Source: Marsupella aquatica (taxonomy: Eukaryota; Plantae; Marchantiophyta). From it: a stretch of 64,000 nt of DNA. Location: positions 14,542,684 through 14,606,683 of the forward strand of contig OZ316896.1 of the NCBI GenBank assembly GCA_973895155.1. Direction: 5' to 3'. Below are positions 37,636 through 50,252 of this stretch, one piece after another. The position numbers and the translations under genes were made by a program. Numbering within the stretch: the first letter of the stretch is position 1; every line of letters begins with the position of its first letter. The notes beneath the pieces are model-generated. The model ran no database searches. It was not told the DNA's origin and saw only the letters and a list, made by a program, of their open reading frames with translations.

Positions 37636-38741
37636 TGTCAATCACTGCCGTGTATAGACTGGGCCGTGGATATCCTACAGAATTTATAACACTGTACAGA
37701 CAACTCAGCTAAATGTCCACCAAGTCTTGTGTCAGGGGTATATAATGGATGATTCTTTCCTTGAGCACTGCCTTGCGATAATGTAGGCCCCCGCATCAAC
37801 TCCTGCATCACCTAAAACACATGGAACACCGCATGAAGACCAGCGCAATTCCCAGACAACAACAAACCAGCCTCATTTGACACAAATCAGTAACCCAAAC
37901 CAGTGTGGCATTGGGATCGAGTGAGTTTTCATGGGAGACTTGTCCAAAAGTGCACGCTATCAAGCAATTCTCCTGCTTCATTTTGGTCTAGGGACTGTGG
38001 TGACTCCACGATTCATACCATTTGCAAAGGCAGCGTCCGATTCGGGCAAACTCTCCGTTGACTGTAGGATGCTTGCTCTCTCTCGACGGCACTAACTGCA
38101 TTAATTGGAAGAGGTCTAGCTTCTTAACTTCGTGTACAGGCCATTCAATTCCCAGACCGTTCAGCTCCACCATCTTTCTCGCCAATTGGAAGACTTGTAG
38201 GTTCTTAGCTTCGTGCAGCACGCCGCTAAACCATCTCTCTTGCTGTTTCCGAATTCGATATAGAACCAGAGCTTGGCGGCTACAGCAGTCAAGGCAGAAT
38301 TTGAAAGGAGCAAGCGGAATAATTATGCTGTCTTTCTCATCCTCTTCTCCGTAAGTCCCCAATCGCCCAGCGAGGCTGGCTCACTGCCTTCCTGTTTCTG
38401 AATCCCTTCCGGCCAACGTCGTTCTCGTATCCAAATACTCATCACTAAGGGCTGTCTTCCATTGGCCCTGTGGCATACGAAACCCCCTTCCGTCCACCTC
38501 CAGATTTCTATGATACTGTTGTAGGATGTTACATTGACCATCGGCCCCAGCAACTACTCACCACAGGACTTTGGTAAGCACTCGCATCCATCAGAGTAAA
38601 CAATGCGTAGTAATAGTGACTTGGAGGACGAGGACCGGTGAACTGCTCGAGATTGCATTCTGCAGTACTGACATGAAGGAAAACACACGCCACTCAAAAT
38701 ACCATAGCAGGCTTTGCAAGAAACAAAGACTGCAGAGCACC

Positions 38742-38840
38742 ATAAACCTCAGCCGAGCTCGATTATTTTCTTCATAACCCTCAGCCGAGCTCGATTATTT
38801 TCTTCATAAACCTCAGCCGAGCTCGATTTTTTTCTTGATG
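38742..38840. repeat. 3 x 33-bp tandem repeat
   Basis: CATAA(A/C)CCTCAGCCGAGCTCGATT(A)TTTTCTT occurs three times. Confidence 0.85.
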
Positions 38841-39308
38841 AATCTGCAGTAAGAAATGCAGAACAGGTAATCAATAAATGGGACATCCACGACAGACATA
38901 AAACAGACAAAAGATATGACGAGACAAATGTCTGCCATCGATGACTGAAAACGCACCCGATGTCTTACAGCGTGGAGTTGACAATCCAATCCGCTCTTCC
39001 GACGACGACGCGCAGTCCCGTCGCGCCACAGTATATTTGTTGAACGTTATCCAATACAGACGAATCGGCATCGCGATGACATACACAAAACGAAGTTCTA
39101 CAAGTGATCACAGTATCACAAGCAAACGACAGCGTGCTGAATAATCATTGTGTTGTCGGATAGAGATGATCAAACGCTCATCGACAGAGGACCGTCATTG
39201 GTTTCCTCACCAACGAATCTGAACTGTATGAGGCTTTTAAAATACTGTAGTCAAACATTTAGAAAAGAAACTATATAAGTAAATAAAACCAAAGTTTCTG
39301 AGTAATAA

Positions 39309-39394
39309 CCGACCTTAGCTCAGTTGGTAGAGCGGAGGACTGTAGTGTACTCACAGACATCCTTAGGTCGCTGGTTCGAATCCGGCAGGTCGGA
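39309..39394 (+). tRNA. tRNA-Tyr(GUA) with a 13-nt intron (39346-39358)
   Basis: CCGACCTTAGCTCAGTTGGTAGAGCGGAGGACTGTAG-[TGTACTCACAGAC]-ATCCTTAGGTCGCTGGTTCGAATCCGGCAGGTCGGA is the canonical plant cytosolic tRNA-Tyr. The intron ACAG can pair with the anticodon-loop CTGT. TTTTT terminator at ~39406. Confidence 0.97.
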
Positions 39395-40964
39395 CTTGCG
39401 TCTCGTTTTTAAATCTAAAACAAGTTCACTAACAAGTAAGGCGCCCCGAATGTGTTATATATATACTAGCCCCCTACTATTCGTTCTTTGAAAGTGAAAA
39501 ACATAGTACAATAAAATAATTATCAAAATATATATTCTATTTATATGTTTTGAAGATTAATAAAATGATAAAAAATATATTTTTTAATAATCATATATAA
39601 TATATTATTCTCCTTGATGTGCACATCAAATTTTTTGTATGCATATCCATGTTCTATGCACATATGTTGTGGTGGGGTCACATTACCTATATTTTGTGAA
39701 TATAAATATTTAAAAATGATCGCATAAAATTGGCATTTACATACATCATAGTCATGTCATAAGTTTTTCCCATGCACATGATGACCAGGGTCTAGAGACT
39801 TCACTCTAGACCCTAGCTTGTGAAAAGTAGGTTGCAGTTTGCGCTTTATTAGTAAGATACCACCTATTTGCACTGCTTGATTAATAACTCAACCAAAATG
39901 ACCAAACTTACACTTTGATACTGCATGATTAATAACTCAACCAAAATGGCCAAAATTACACTTTGATTGAATGAAGTGTATACCCTATCTACTCCTCTAG
40001 AACATACTGAAAACTAAAAAAATTGAATTGTGAATATCAATTTATTACAATTAAAATCAAATTTTGGGAAATGTGGTACATGGGGGTAAAGATCCAGAAG
40101 ATGGAACCAGTAAAGCAATTGATTTGAATAAAACAATTCATTAGTCTATTTTATGCAAGAACCTGAAAATTACCCAACTGCCAATAAGAATGACCTACTT
40201 ATACATTGAATATATTGTAACAACGATTGCTTAAAATTCTTACAATAGCGAGCCTAATACTCCTTAAAAAAAAAAGATTTCCAAAATTAAAGTTTCAAAA
40301 GACCAATTATATTGTCCATGAGAGCATCAGTTTCCAGATTTTGACATGTGTCTTACCTATCATTCCCTTGGGTTTTGCTCCAAATGAATTTTATTATAAA
40401 TGTATTCAAAGGTGGCCCCCACATTGATACAAACACCCCATCCCAGATTTTGACATGTGGTGGAGCTCCTGCTGTGTAATGAAGGTTGAGGCACAGGGTT
40501 ACAACCCTCAACCCTGTGACCAGAAAGTGGTAGTTGTGAAACTTTACTGAGAATCAGGGAGCAGGGTTCAGACTAGAGCCCTAGCCCAGACAGTTGTTTT
40601 AGCACATAAATAAATGTGGGGTGGGAAAAAGTTAGCAATCGCAAAGTCAATAAGTTAAAATAGCTGTGTCTTAGAAGGATGCTATATGTTAAAGTTTTTG
40701 GGCAGATTATTATGGAAATAACAAGGACCCCTAGAAATGGTTACACAGTAACCTTTATTCCACACAGCATTTATGTTTTGGAATTGTTTTCCCTTACCAA
40801 CCTTGATAGTCAAGGGTGAGGGAGCATGAGCCTGACTCAGAAGAGCTCATGAGTCAGGTGGGGGTGAAACCAAGTTTTTTTCCCATTTGTAAAATTTTCC
40901 CTGAGCAGGTGAGAAATTATTGCCAAAAATAAAAAGATTTATATCATCATTTGACTATTTTATG

Positions 40965-41372
40965 GTGGTGGTTTAAACCCAATTAACTCGGGAAAAGTGA
41001 CTGTTTTGTCCTCCCACAGTGTAGTTGACAGTGTGGTTTAAACCAAGTGAACTTTAAAGCACTCTCTGTCCTCCCATAGCTTTGTGGACATTGATGGTTT
41101 AACTCAATTAACTTGAGAAAAGTGACTATTTTGTCCTCTCACAACTTCATAAACAGGGGTAGTCTAAACCCAGTGAACTTGATAACACTTGCTGTCCTCC
41201 CACACTTTTGTTTACTGTGGTGGTTTAAACAAGTTAACTTGAAAAAAGTAACTGTACTGTCCTCCCACAGCTTTATGGACAGTGGTGGTTTAACCCACTT
41301 AACTGAAACAAGTGACTTTCTTGTCCTCTCAGAGCGTGATGGTTTAAACCAAGTGAACTTGAAAACACTTGC
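40965..41372. repeat. Minisatellite, ~7 degenerate copies of a 55-65-bp unit within a larger composite repeat
   Basis: GGTTTAAACC.AGT(G/T)AACTT...ACT...TGTCCTCCCACA recurs at ~40971, 41035, 41096, 41161, 41222, 41287 and 41341. Confidence 0.8.
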
Positions 41373-43759
41373 TTTAGCCACAGGCAAGTTTGCAAACCAA
41401 GCAAATGTAGAGTCTAGGCATAGGGTTACTAGGTTGTAATCTTGTGACCAGAAAATGAAGACAAGATGACAGGTACTGTAGGTGGGAAGATCTTTTGAGC
41501 ATTTTGGGAGCAAGGTTCAGACTAGAACCCCATCCCAGACGGTCCTTATAGTACCTAAACGCAATAGAGTTTTTCCATAAAGTGCAAGAAAGTGGGTGAC
41601 TTATCAGTTATTTGACTCGGATCCAGGGTGAGTTAAGTTTCAAATGCAATGTGAGCTATGCCGTGTTCAAGTACTGGGTGAAATTCCATTCATCCTTCCC
41701 AAAGTGGCTTTACCGTATGTCACCCAGAGTTTGCGTGTCCACTTTGAGAACAAGTATGCTGACATAGAGGCTTCCAGTACGGGCTTCAAGAACAAGAGTG
41801 CTCCCGTAGAGAACATATATTGATGTGTAAGGCTCTGAATTTGTTTCTGATGATCCTTGCTCCATTGCCGATTCCATTGCGCAGAGCTCCGTCTTTGTTC
41901 AATCCTCTACATTTGTTGTTTGAGTTTCTTGTTTTCTTTTTTATAAAATTTCTTTGAACATTCTCAATGCAAACCCTGCTATCTTCACAACAACACTTGG
42001 AGCTCACCTTGAACTATTTTGAGCTGTTTCTTCAGTAGAAGCTTGTGTTGCTTGGTACTGTCTCTATTTTTGCTCAGCTTGCAATTTCTAGATGCAAAAC
42101 TCAACCTCAGTTTTGGTCAGTTAACAGGTCTCACTGGAGTTTTTAAGTTTACATTTTTCTAAGCCTAACTCACCTCAATTTTTGGAGGTTCACCCTTTTA
42201 CATTTATGTATAACTCTAATAATGACTTTGCCAGCACTAGATTATGGAAATAACAAAGAACTCCAAAAATGGTTACTCAAGGGTAACTTTTGACCCGTAC
42301 CAATTTAGGATCCTGATTCAAACACATGTCAAAATCGAGTACACTGTGTCGATCTACAGTATCAATTTTGGAGGTGTACATTATTTTTAATCACCGCCCT
42401 TTTTTGTATCAGTTATACACCCTACGAGATTCCATTCGGGTCACGCTGAATAATCTTCCTGTAGAATGATGCTGTGGAAACAAATTTTGGTTGCAAAACC
42501 GGGCGCTTTATTCGATGTTTATTCGATGTACGACGCAGGTTTGCCTTGGTGAAAACGGAATTTCACACTGCTTTCTCACGCGACTTTGCGTCTGGATCCC
42601 CACACGGAAAGAACAGAGAGGAGGAGGGATGTTCATAAAAAAGCTTCGTGATAAGGTGGTCCCGATGAGACCCTCGCTTTTCGCCCACATGAAACATAGC
42701 GATACATTTCTTCGAAAGCGCAGACCAGTCTACAGGAATAGCTTGCCAAGCAAGATGCTGATCGCGTCGACGTGCCGCGTCAGACTTCCTTTCTCATCTG
42801 TTACTAGGACTTGCCGCCGAAAATTGCTGTCCCGAATAACAACTGGACTACTGAACAATTCCTCCCAGTGAGTCAGTCAGTCGGAGCTGTCTCTCCTCCG
42901 CATCAGCATGCCGCGCCCACCTTCATTCGTTTATTAGCTGCTGTGCTCTGTCTTCATATCCAAGTCTTAACGGAGTTCTACCTGTCTTCGTTGTTACTGC
43001 CTTGCCCTTCGAGGATGGTGCAGGAAAGGGTCGGAGTCTTAATAATATTATACATGGAAGGTTCCGAAAAGGTGCAGCGGGTGAGGGAGAAGTGCGTGAC
43101 ACATCCGAGGATAGGAATCGTTCTCTCCTTTTTGTTCTACTTCGGGTGATTTCGTTTTTGATTGACTGTGGCTTGTAGAGTGACCAAAGTGCAAGACACT
43201 GCTGCAGAACCAGGAGCTGAAATCGAGTGATTTCAGATTGGGTTTTCGCGCTGGCTTTTCTTTTGGAGGTTCACAGCGCGTTCACTGTCTTGCTCTTGGC
43301 AAATTTGCTCGGAATTGTTTGGAATTTGGGGGAAATTTTGGGGAAGAGTGGGGGAAGATTTTGAGGAATTTGTGTGAGTCGCTCAATTGGAAGCTCTTCA
43401 GATCGCTGTCGAGACTGTTTTGGTACGCGTCCTGGAGATCAGGATTTCTTCTGTTGTTCGCAATTCAATTACAAGGAGAAAGATTCATCCCTCTCCGCTT
43501 CGTTTTAGGAGACAGAGCCAGAAGGGATCTGCGATTAGATTTCAAGGGCAAAAAGTCACACGCATCTGCAGGTCGATTTCGAGGAGAGATATTCACTGTG
43601 TGTGTGGTTTGTGGGGATTCTGAATCCGAGGAGCGAAATTGACAGGTCGGATTGATGATTGCTACCCTGATAAATTTTCAAATTGATGGTGCACTGGAGT
43701 TCGAGCTTTAGGGGACTAGTCTCTGGCCCAGCTAGCACAGATCTTCGAACCAAATTAAG

Positions 43760-44839
43760 ATGGGAGGTTGCTCTTTGTTCAGTTTCAGCCTGGTGCACTT
43801 TCGGGTGAGACGTGTGAAGGCATTCTACAAATCCAAGGGCTTGAGATCACAACTGATCACACTAGACAATGGAAGCACGATGCACTGTTGGGTACCTTAT
43901 GAGCATGGAGAGCCCAAACGAAGATCCTGGAGGGGCCAACCCCAACCGCGCAATGGAGAACGGCATAGAACGAGGCAGGACGAGATTAGGGAGAGACCGA
44001 GATCCGGATTATGGAGAGGCAGAGGCCAAGCTCGTCAAGCTAAGCCTTTGCATCATAGACCAGCTGTGGTCTTCATTCATGGGTTTGGAGGGGACGGAAC
44101 GATGGGATGGGAGCATCAGATTGCAGCTTTGACTAAGGATTACAGGGTGTACGTTCCAGATCTTCTGTTTTTTGGGCTGTCTAGTACTAGAAACACTCAG
44201 AGAACAGAGATTTTCCAAGCGGATTGTATAGTGAATATGCTGCAGAAGTTAAATGTTTACGAAACACATGTTGTAGGGACAAGCTATGGTGGATTTGTGG
44301 CATTCTGGATGGCATACAAATATCCACAGCTGTGTTGGAAGGTGGTACTTTGCAGCTCCGGTATTTGCATGAACCCCCGGACAAATGATGATCTCCTCAA
44401 GCAATGCAACTTAAGATCGATAGATGAGATTCTGCTTCCAACGACGGTGGATGGATTGAAGCTTGCTTTCAGTTTGTTGTATGTGAGGCCACCAGCTTTA
44501 CCGGATTTCATTGTCCAACAAGTCCTTGACATATTTTATAAACAGGAAGACAGGCACCACAGAGTAGAGCTACTTAATGCTCTCGTGATTGGCTCTGAGA
44601 ACTGTCCTCCACTTCCGGTCATAACCCAAGAAGTTCTAATCATTTGGGGAAGGGAGGATCACATTTTCAAGCTACCTCTTGCGAGTCAACTCCAGCAGCA
44701 TTTGGGAGTGAAGCGTACTCAATTAGTGGTCATGGAAAACGCAGGACACATGCCACAGATAGAGAAATCTAAGGAATTTAATGCTGTTGTCATGACCTTT
44801 CTGGACGACTCGGAAAGTTCGCATGGTTCATATTACTGA
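43760..44839 (+). CDS. Alpha/beta-fold hydrolase (ABHD6/monoacylglycerol-lipase-like plant family), intronless CDS
   Basis: 359-aa ORF with HGFG oxyanion motif, YVPDLLFFG, nucleophile GTSYGG, IIWGREDHIF (acid) and NAGHMPQIE (His). Confidence 0.92.
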   Translation: MGGCSLFSFSLVHFRVRRVKAFYKSKGLRSQLITLDNGSTMHCWVPYEHGEPKRRSWRGQPQPRNGERHRTRQDEIRERPRSGLWRGRGQARQAKPLHHRPAVVFIHGFGGDGTMGWEHQIAALTKDYRVYVPDLLFFGLSSTRNTQRTEIFQADCIVNMLQKLNVYETHVVGTSYGGFVAFWMAYKYPQLCWKVVLCSSGICMNPRTNDDLLKQCNLRSIDEILLPTTVDGLKLAFSLLYVRPPALPDFIVQQVLDIFYKQEDRHHRVELLNALVIGSENCPPLPVITQEVLIIWGREDHIFKLPLASQLQQHLGVKRTQLVVMENAGHMPQIEKSKEFNAVVMTFLDDSESSHGSYY

Positions 44840-46455
44840 ACTGCACATGGACGTGGTCTCTGCAATTTGATTACGGCAATATCCAGCCCTTCATCGAAAA
44901 GATACGGGTTGCGATCAGTTAACCTAAATGCCAGGTTTGCGTAATAAGAGGTTTCAGCTGAGATTATAGTCAGAATAGGATTTTCTTGACATGTGGGTTT
45001 TACGGGTGTCTTCTAGGATTTCTTACTAGCCATTACAAGATTGTGTTTGCTGGTCAAGGACAGAGATGCCACTATTTCCAGTCGTCGTCCTTCCGTTATT
45101 GTAGTGTAATATATTTGATAGTTTACGAACATTATTTCTGTACAATAGAGAACACCTGTCCCACTGGGTTAAAGCCATTTCTGGGAAGTACAGTAAATGT
45201 AACAGTAGCTAAGGTTTCCACATTCAATGCTTTGGATCGAGACACAGGCCTTCTGCGCACTCCTGGGGGTTGGAATGGGGACAGCAATGTAGGATTATCG
45301 GTATATTGGGTAATAGCTTGGCAAACACTCGGATAGGATTTACTGCAAAGGTCCAACTAAGTTCACTGTTCTCAACATTTTAAGGAAGAAGCTGGGAAGA
45401 CACTACTCAATAGCAAACAGATGCTTGGCCACTTCTTGGGTCAAGGGTCTGCAGAGGAAAGGGAAGAAGAGAGTTGTAGCCAAAATTTCTGAACTAGTTT
45501 TGTTGTGGGCTTAAGTCCCCATGGCGCTGCAGCCTGTCATAGCAGGTCAACCTGCTTGTTTACCAGCTTGAATAGGTAAAGATTGTACATACACAACCAG
45601 GATGACCGTCATATTTGTTGGAACCTTGTTTTAGAGTCGATCTGTGGTCTTTCAAGCTTAGTAGAAACTGCCATGTTTCAGAGAACAAAGAACCGTTTTC
45701 AAATATTAATTGCAGACACGCTTTGGACTGTGGGTTTTTCAAATTTATCAGGACACTATCTGCAAGACAAACTAAGTGCACTGCGTAGGTGATGGCATTA
45801 TGGGACCGCTTTCCATGTGAACGGCTCTAGTTCACTACAATCAGTGAGTATGAAAGGAGAGAACTAAATGCAATGGTGCTGACTTTGTTACTCGGAAACA
45901 TGTAAATATCATCTTGCAAGAAAAGTTAGTATTATCATTTACGAAATCGTTCACATTCTTTGTTCCGGAAATTAGTTCGCTCCTGCTCAAAACAGTTATG
46001 CCAAATATCGACCATTCTCCAAGATGACAGGATTATAGCAGGGTCATTGAGTAGTCCATCCATTACCTGGATTGCTATTAATGTCACAAGATCGAGGTCC
46101 AAGAGGTGAGGTTGGTCTCTGCCTCGTTTAGGGACTAGTATCGCAAACAAATAACTAACTGGAGGGACCGGAATTGAAAAGTGAAGCAAGGGATGTAACA
46201 ATGGTCGGATATTCTTTGAGTTCATAGGCCTTCCTCTTCGGCTGAAAGGCTGCGGCGGAAGGTGCAAAGCAACATGCACGAGGAAAATTTTAGGCAGTCA
46301 TGTTTGTACAAAGAGTGTCCACGATGGAACCCTACCCAAATCTGCGTGATCCTATCTCAACATGTGAAACCGTCTACTACGTATCGTGCTTCCCATACTG
46401 AAGTATGAAACCTGACCTGGTGCTTTGTGAAAATCACTCAGGCTTTACAATCTGT

Positions 46456-46735
46456 AAGTCATGCCCACTTGGGGAGCCTATTACCTCTCTTGGGGAGCCC
46501 ATTAGGGAGTGTCAAAGTTCTCCCTGACTTTTATTTTTTGGAAGTCATGCCCACTTGGGGAGCCTATTACCTCTCTTGGGGAGCCCATTAGGGAGTGTCA
46601 AAGTTCTCCCTTACTTTTATTTTTTGGACATACCACCTTTATGGTTATGTATTTTGGTAGCTCATAGGAATTTTGTCCTGACAGTAATGGTTATGTATTT
46701 TGGTAGCCCATAGGGATTTTGTCCTGACAGTAAGA
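46456..46735. repeat. Two adjacent tandem duplications (2 x 87 bp and 2 x 47 bp) left of the MULE
   Basis: AAGTCATGCCCACTTGGGGAGCCTATTACCTCTCTTGGGGAG... x2; ATGGTTATGTATTTTGGTAGC.CATAGG.ATTTTGTCCTGACAGTA x2. Confidence 0.85.
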
Positions 46736-47434
46736 AAGTTTTATGTTCTGAGCCGGCTCAGTTACAGCTATGCTTTGACACTCCCTATTACCCATCAGCT
46801 TTTTACTAAAGTACCCCCCAAACTGAACATTATTACAATCTTGCCCCCCAAACTAAACTATTTACTATACTGCCCCCCAAACCGTATATTGGTGCTTCTA
46901 ACCAGACTTCTCGACCATGGAAGCGATCCTATTGGCTATCACGTAACCGCAGTTGACCACCCTTGGTCACACTAACCCGCGAGATCAGTCATGTACGCAG
47001 CCTGCACCCAGCCGCGGCGCGCCTAAGGCGTCCGATACCTGTCGGGGCCTGGCTCCCACCAAGGCGCACTTGCGCCCAATACTTCCCATTTCTCCTCTCG
47101 AGCCCCAACGAGCTATCGGGCCCCGACTCCTACCAGTCAACTTACGCTGAGGGCACGACTTCTACCAGTCATTTTCTTCAGGGAAACACGCACATTGAGG
47201 CATATGATCGATCTCAAGAGGAGGGCGAACGGGAAGGGCAGGTAAGGGAAGGGGAGCCGCCAAATTTTCTCTAGCACAGCACTGGGAGGGTCGAGGCGCA
47301 GAAACACAAGGAACGCCACATTTGAAGTTTCTACTGGGAGCGCAAATCGAAGCAGCATTTCCACTTCGGGAAAGCCATTATTTTAAGGTGCTGCAAGGTG
47401 AGATCGACCTCGAAGGCCAAGTGTGGGGTGTGCA

Positions 47435-47968
47435 ATGGCCAGAGCAATAAGCACCATCCTGAGGGCACTCGCTGTATGCCTTTGGGCCTTTCTAGGAGTG
47501 ATGGGGTCTATTTTTCGTCTGCTCTCTCGTGCCATGGAGTTCGGGAGGGATAAATTAGATTTCTGGCTGCAATCAGCCGGGGAGCTTCCTGCAGCCCCTA
47601 CACTAGACTTACCCACTCCCGTACCCACTGCTCCACCAATCCACTTGAATACCATGCTCGATTCCAGGGAGGATGAAGGCAAGCCAAGTATGCAGCCTAG
47701 GAAAGAACAGGCTGTAACACGAGAGCCAATGATGGAGCCTGTGAGCAAGATCATGGAGCAAAGGCCGAGGCAAGTGCCTACTACTGAAACAATGCACAAT
47801 TGGCATCTTGGGCAGAAGCGATGTTATTATGCAATTGTCTGCGGCTACACACCAGGCATCTACGATACATGGGAGGCTTGTCAGCACCAGGTCCATGGCT
47901 TTAGCGGATGTAAATTTAAGAGTTTCAAGACTCGGCAAGAAGCATTGGCGATTTGCAGGATGGATTGA
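47435..47968 (+). CDS. MULE-borne accessory protein (177 aa): hydrophobic N-terminus, Pro-rich linker, RNase H1 N-terminal/viroplasmin (Cauli_VI-type) hybrid-binding domain
   Basis: ATG in a good context (GCAATGGCC). The C-terminus YYAIVCGYTPGIYDTWEACQHQVHGFSGCKFKSFKTRQEA fits the RNase H1 HBD pattern YAVxxGxxxG(I/V)YxxWxxCxxQVxxFxxxxFKxFxTxxEA. No catalytic RNase H domain follows. Confidence 0.8.
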   Translation: MARAISTILRALAVCLWAFLGVMGSIFRLLSRAMEFGRDKLDFWLQSAGELPAAPTLDLPTPVPTAPPIHLNTMLDSREDEGKPSMQPRKEQAVTREPMMEPVSKIMEQRPRQVPTTETMHNWHLGQKRCYYAIVCGYTPGIYDTWEACQHQVHGFSGCKFKSFKTRQEALAICRMD

Positions 47969-48238
47969 TGCGTATTAGGCGATCCAATTTTTAGTGTCAG
48001 AATTAGATAGGCACACTGTGAATTGTGCCAGCATTGCACTTGTGGTGCACGTCTCTCATTGTAGCCCAAAGTGGCCCATTTTGGAATACTAAATGTTTCT
48101 CATTCAATGCACACACATCCTATTTCTCTGATTCGAAGTGTAAATTCAATTGTCTTGTCATCTGTTTGAAAAGTATTCTCAACAGGTGACTAAAACAACT
48201 AATAACATTGACAACTAAATTACTCTGCACAAGCCTGT

Positions 48239-50252
48239 CTAATGATGGGAACCACTGGATGGTGCACTGTCCATGGTTGCTAGCAATTGAGAAAAGCTTC
48301 CAATGCTCATGCTCTCCTGTGATCCCCAACCTTGTACAGTATGACAAGGATCCTCTTTGGCAACACAGTGAGCTTCCTCCATGTCCTCCAATTCACTTTC
48401 TTCTTCCCCAATTTCTGACATTTGCAACTCATTGCGGTTTGGACAATTCCTGCGATCATGGCCTCGAACTCCACAGACCCCACACTTTCATGGCAATCGA
48501 CAAACCTCCTCCTCATCAAAGCGAGTCTGAATTCTCTCTGTCAGACGTCCTTTACATCTTTTCTTCAGCGGAGGGCCACAATGTGGATCTGGGAGGAGCC
48601 CATCTCTAATCAAAGCTGGCAGATAGGACTCGTATGTTTTTTTATATGTCTCTGTGCTATAGTAGGGACTCACAAAATCATAGTGACGTTGGCGCAGTCG
48701 AGTCATTGCTCGCCAGGCATGTATACAGGGCAACAATTTATCCTGAAAATCACCACAAGTGCAAGACCAAGGTGGTTGAAGATGCACTATGTACTGCCTA
48801 TTACAATCATCAGTGATTCTTACCTCTGCTTCATGGGAAGGATGTGCAATCAAACGACTTGCTTTCTCTTCCACTTGATTGAGTGCTTCCATAATGTGAG
48901 GTGGGAATGGAGTTGTAATATTGTCAGCAAGCTCTCGCTTCTCAAAAAACTTTACCATCATGTAATCCCAGATCTGGCATGACATATTCAATGTCACTTC
49001 CTGCCGTTGAGGTTTTAGTGCCCTATTTGTGCTCTCTGCTTGCTGTGAGGTTTCATGTCCCCATCTACAAGAACATTAGTTTCACATTTGTCAAGTTGAA
49101 GCAGCAGTCTGAAGGAATGTTCAATCCCATGTACAATTGAAATAACATCATTGCTAAGCAAACAACAATTCAATTACAAACCCTAAGTCATTGCACTCAC
49201 CTTCTAGATGGGAAATATGCTCGAGAGTAGTACTTTGGGTTGGCTGTCCTTCGAATGTATTCAGCGGCTGCTTTGTTCTTCTCCTCAATGTGCTTCAATC
49301 GCTGTTCATATTTGGCTGGAGTGACAGCATATGGCAGAGCTTCAAACAACTTTCTCATTTCCTTGCCATAATGCTTATGAACGTTCTCCCCAAGATGCCA
49401 TGTACAGTAAGCAGGATGTCCACGAGGAAATACTTCTGGAACCCCATTTGTGAGGCCTTTTTCCCTATCTGAGATAAAAACAACTCCTGGAAGAGATAAA
49501 TCTGGAATCGCTTCTTTTAACAAATTGAGGAACACCAGCCAATTTGCCTCGTTCTCTGAAGGCACCCAAGAATATGCAAGCAATAAGACTGTGTTATTAG
49601 CATCCAATGTTGTGGCAATCAAAAGAATGCCAGGGTACATGCATCTTGTGTGTGTCCCATCTAATGCTATCATGGGTCTACAATGGCGAAATGCATCCCT
49701 GGATGCTAAAGGACACACAAATAACATGTGTAGATGGTCATCCGGTGCACTGTACTTGGCAAGTGCCATGGGATCTCTCTCAAGGATATGGTGACAGTGT
49801 GCTGGTATGAGGTGAAATGAATCTGTTTCATCTCCATCTAGGCGCTTCAATGCTCTCTGTTTTGCAGCATAGGCTGTGTGATATTTTATGTCAGGGTGCA
49901 CCCAGGCCTGAGCGGTATCTCTTATGGTCGAAGGTCTAGTTTGACGGTTCTTGACAATGAGATCCATAATTTTGTCAGCCAGCCTATCATAACTGCTGTG
50001 CATTCTTCTCTTGTAATGGTCAGCCCGCTCACAAGTGTGCCGCAAGTATGTGTGTGTGATTGTAATCGTCTCTGTTCTGCATTTCTTCGTAGCTCTCAAC
50101 CTCCATGGGCAGCTACTCTGCTTACATCTTAGCTTCCACTTATACTCGTCCTTCTTGTGGGTGATCAGGAGTCGCTCTGACGACACACCCTCATCTACTA
50201 TTAATTTCTTAAGGTCTTTCCAACTCTCAAATGTTCTCCCCAAGGTCAACAT
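48239..50252 (-). pseudogene. MuDRA-type transposase (MuDR zinc domain, MULE DDE, SWIM, CCHC knuckle) with one premature stop
   Basis: Exons ~50252-49201 and 49064-48239. Motifs: CKQSSCPWRLRA..HTC, IALDGTH, FISDREKG, YCTWH, TSQQAESTN, SWIM CTCGDFQDKLLPCIHA. An in-frame TGA at 48488-48490 precedes KCGVCGVRGHDRRNCP. Confidence 0.88.

Noticed and set aside
40965-41372. Regularly spaced GTTTAAAC-containing repeats resembling a CRISPR array
   Set aside because: The whole unit, including the would-be spacers, is homologous between copies. The context is eukaryotic and there are no cas genes, so it is a minisatellite.
45935-46279. 114-aa minus-strand ORF
   Set aside because: No recognisable domain or splice context.
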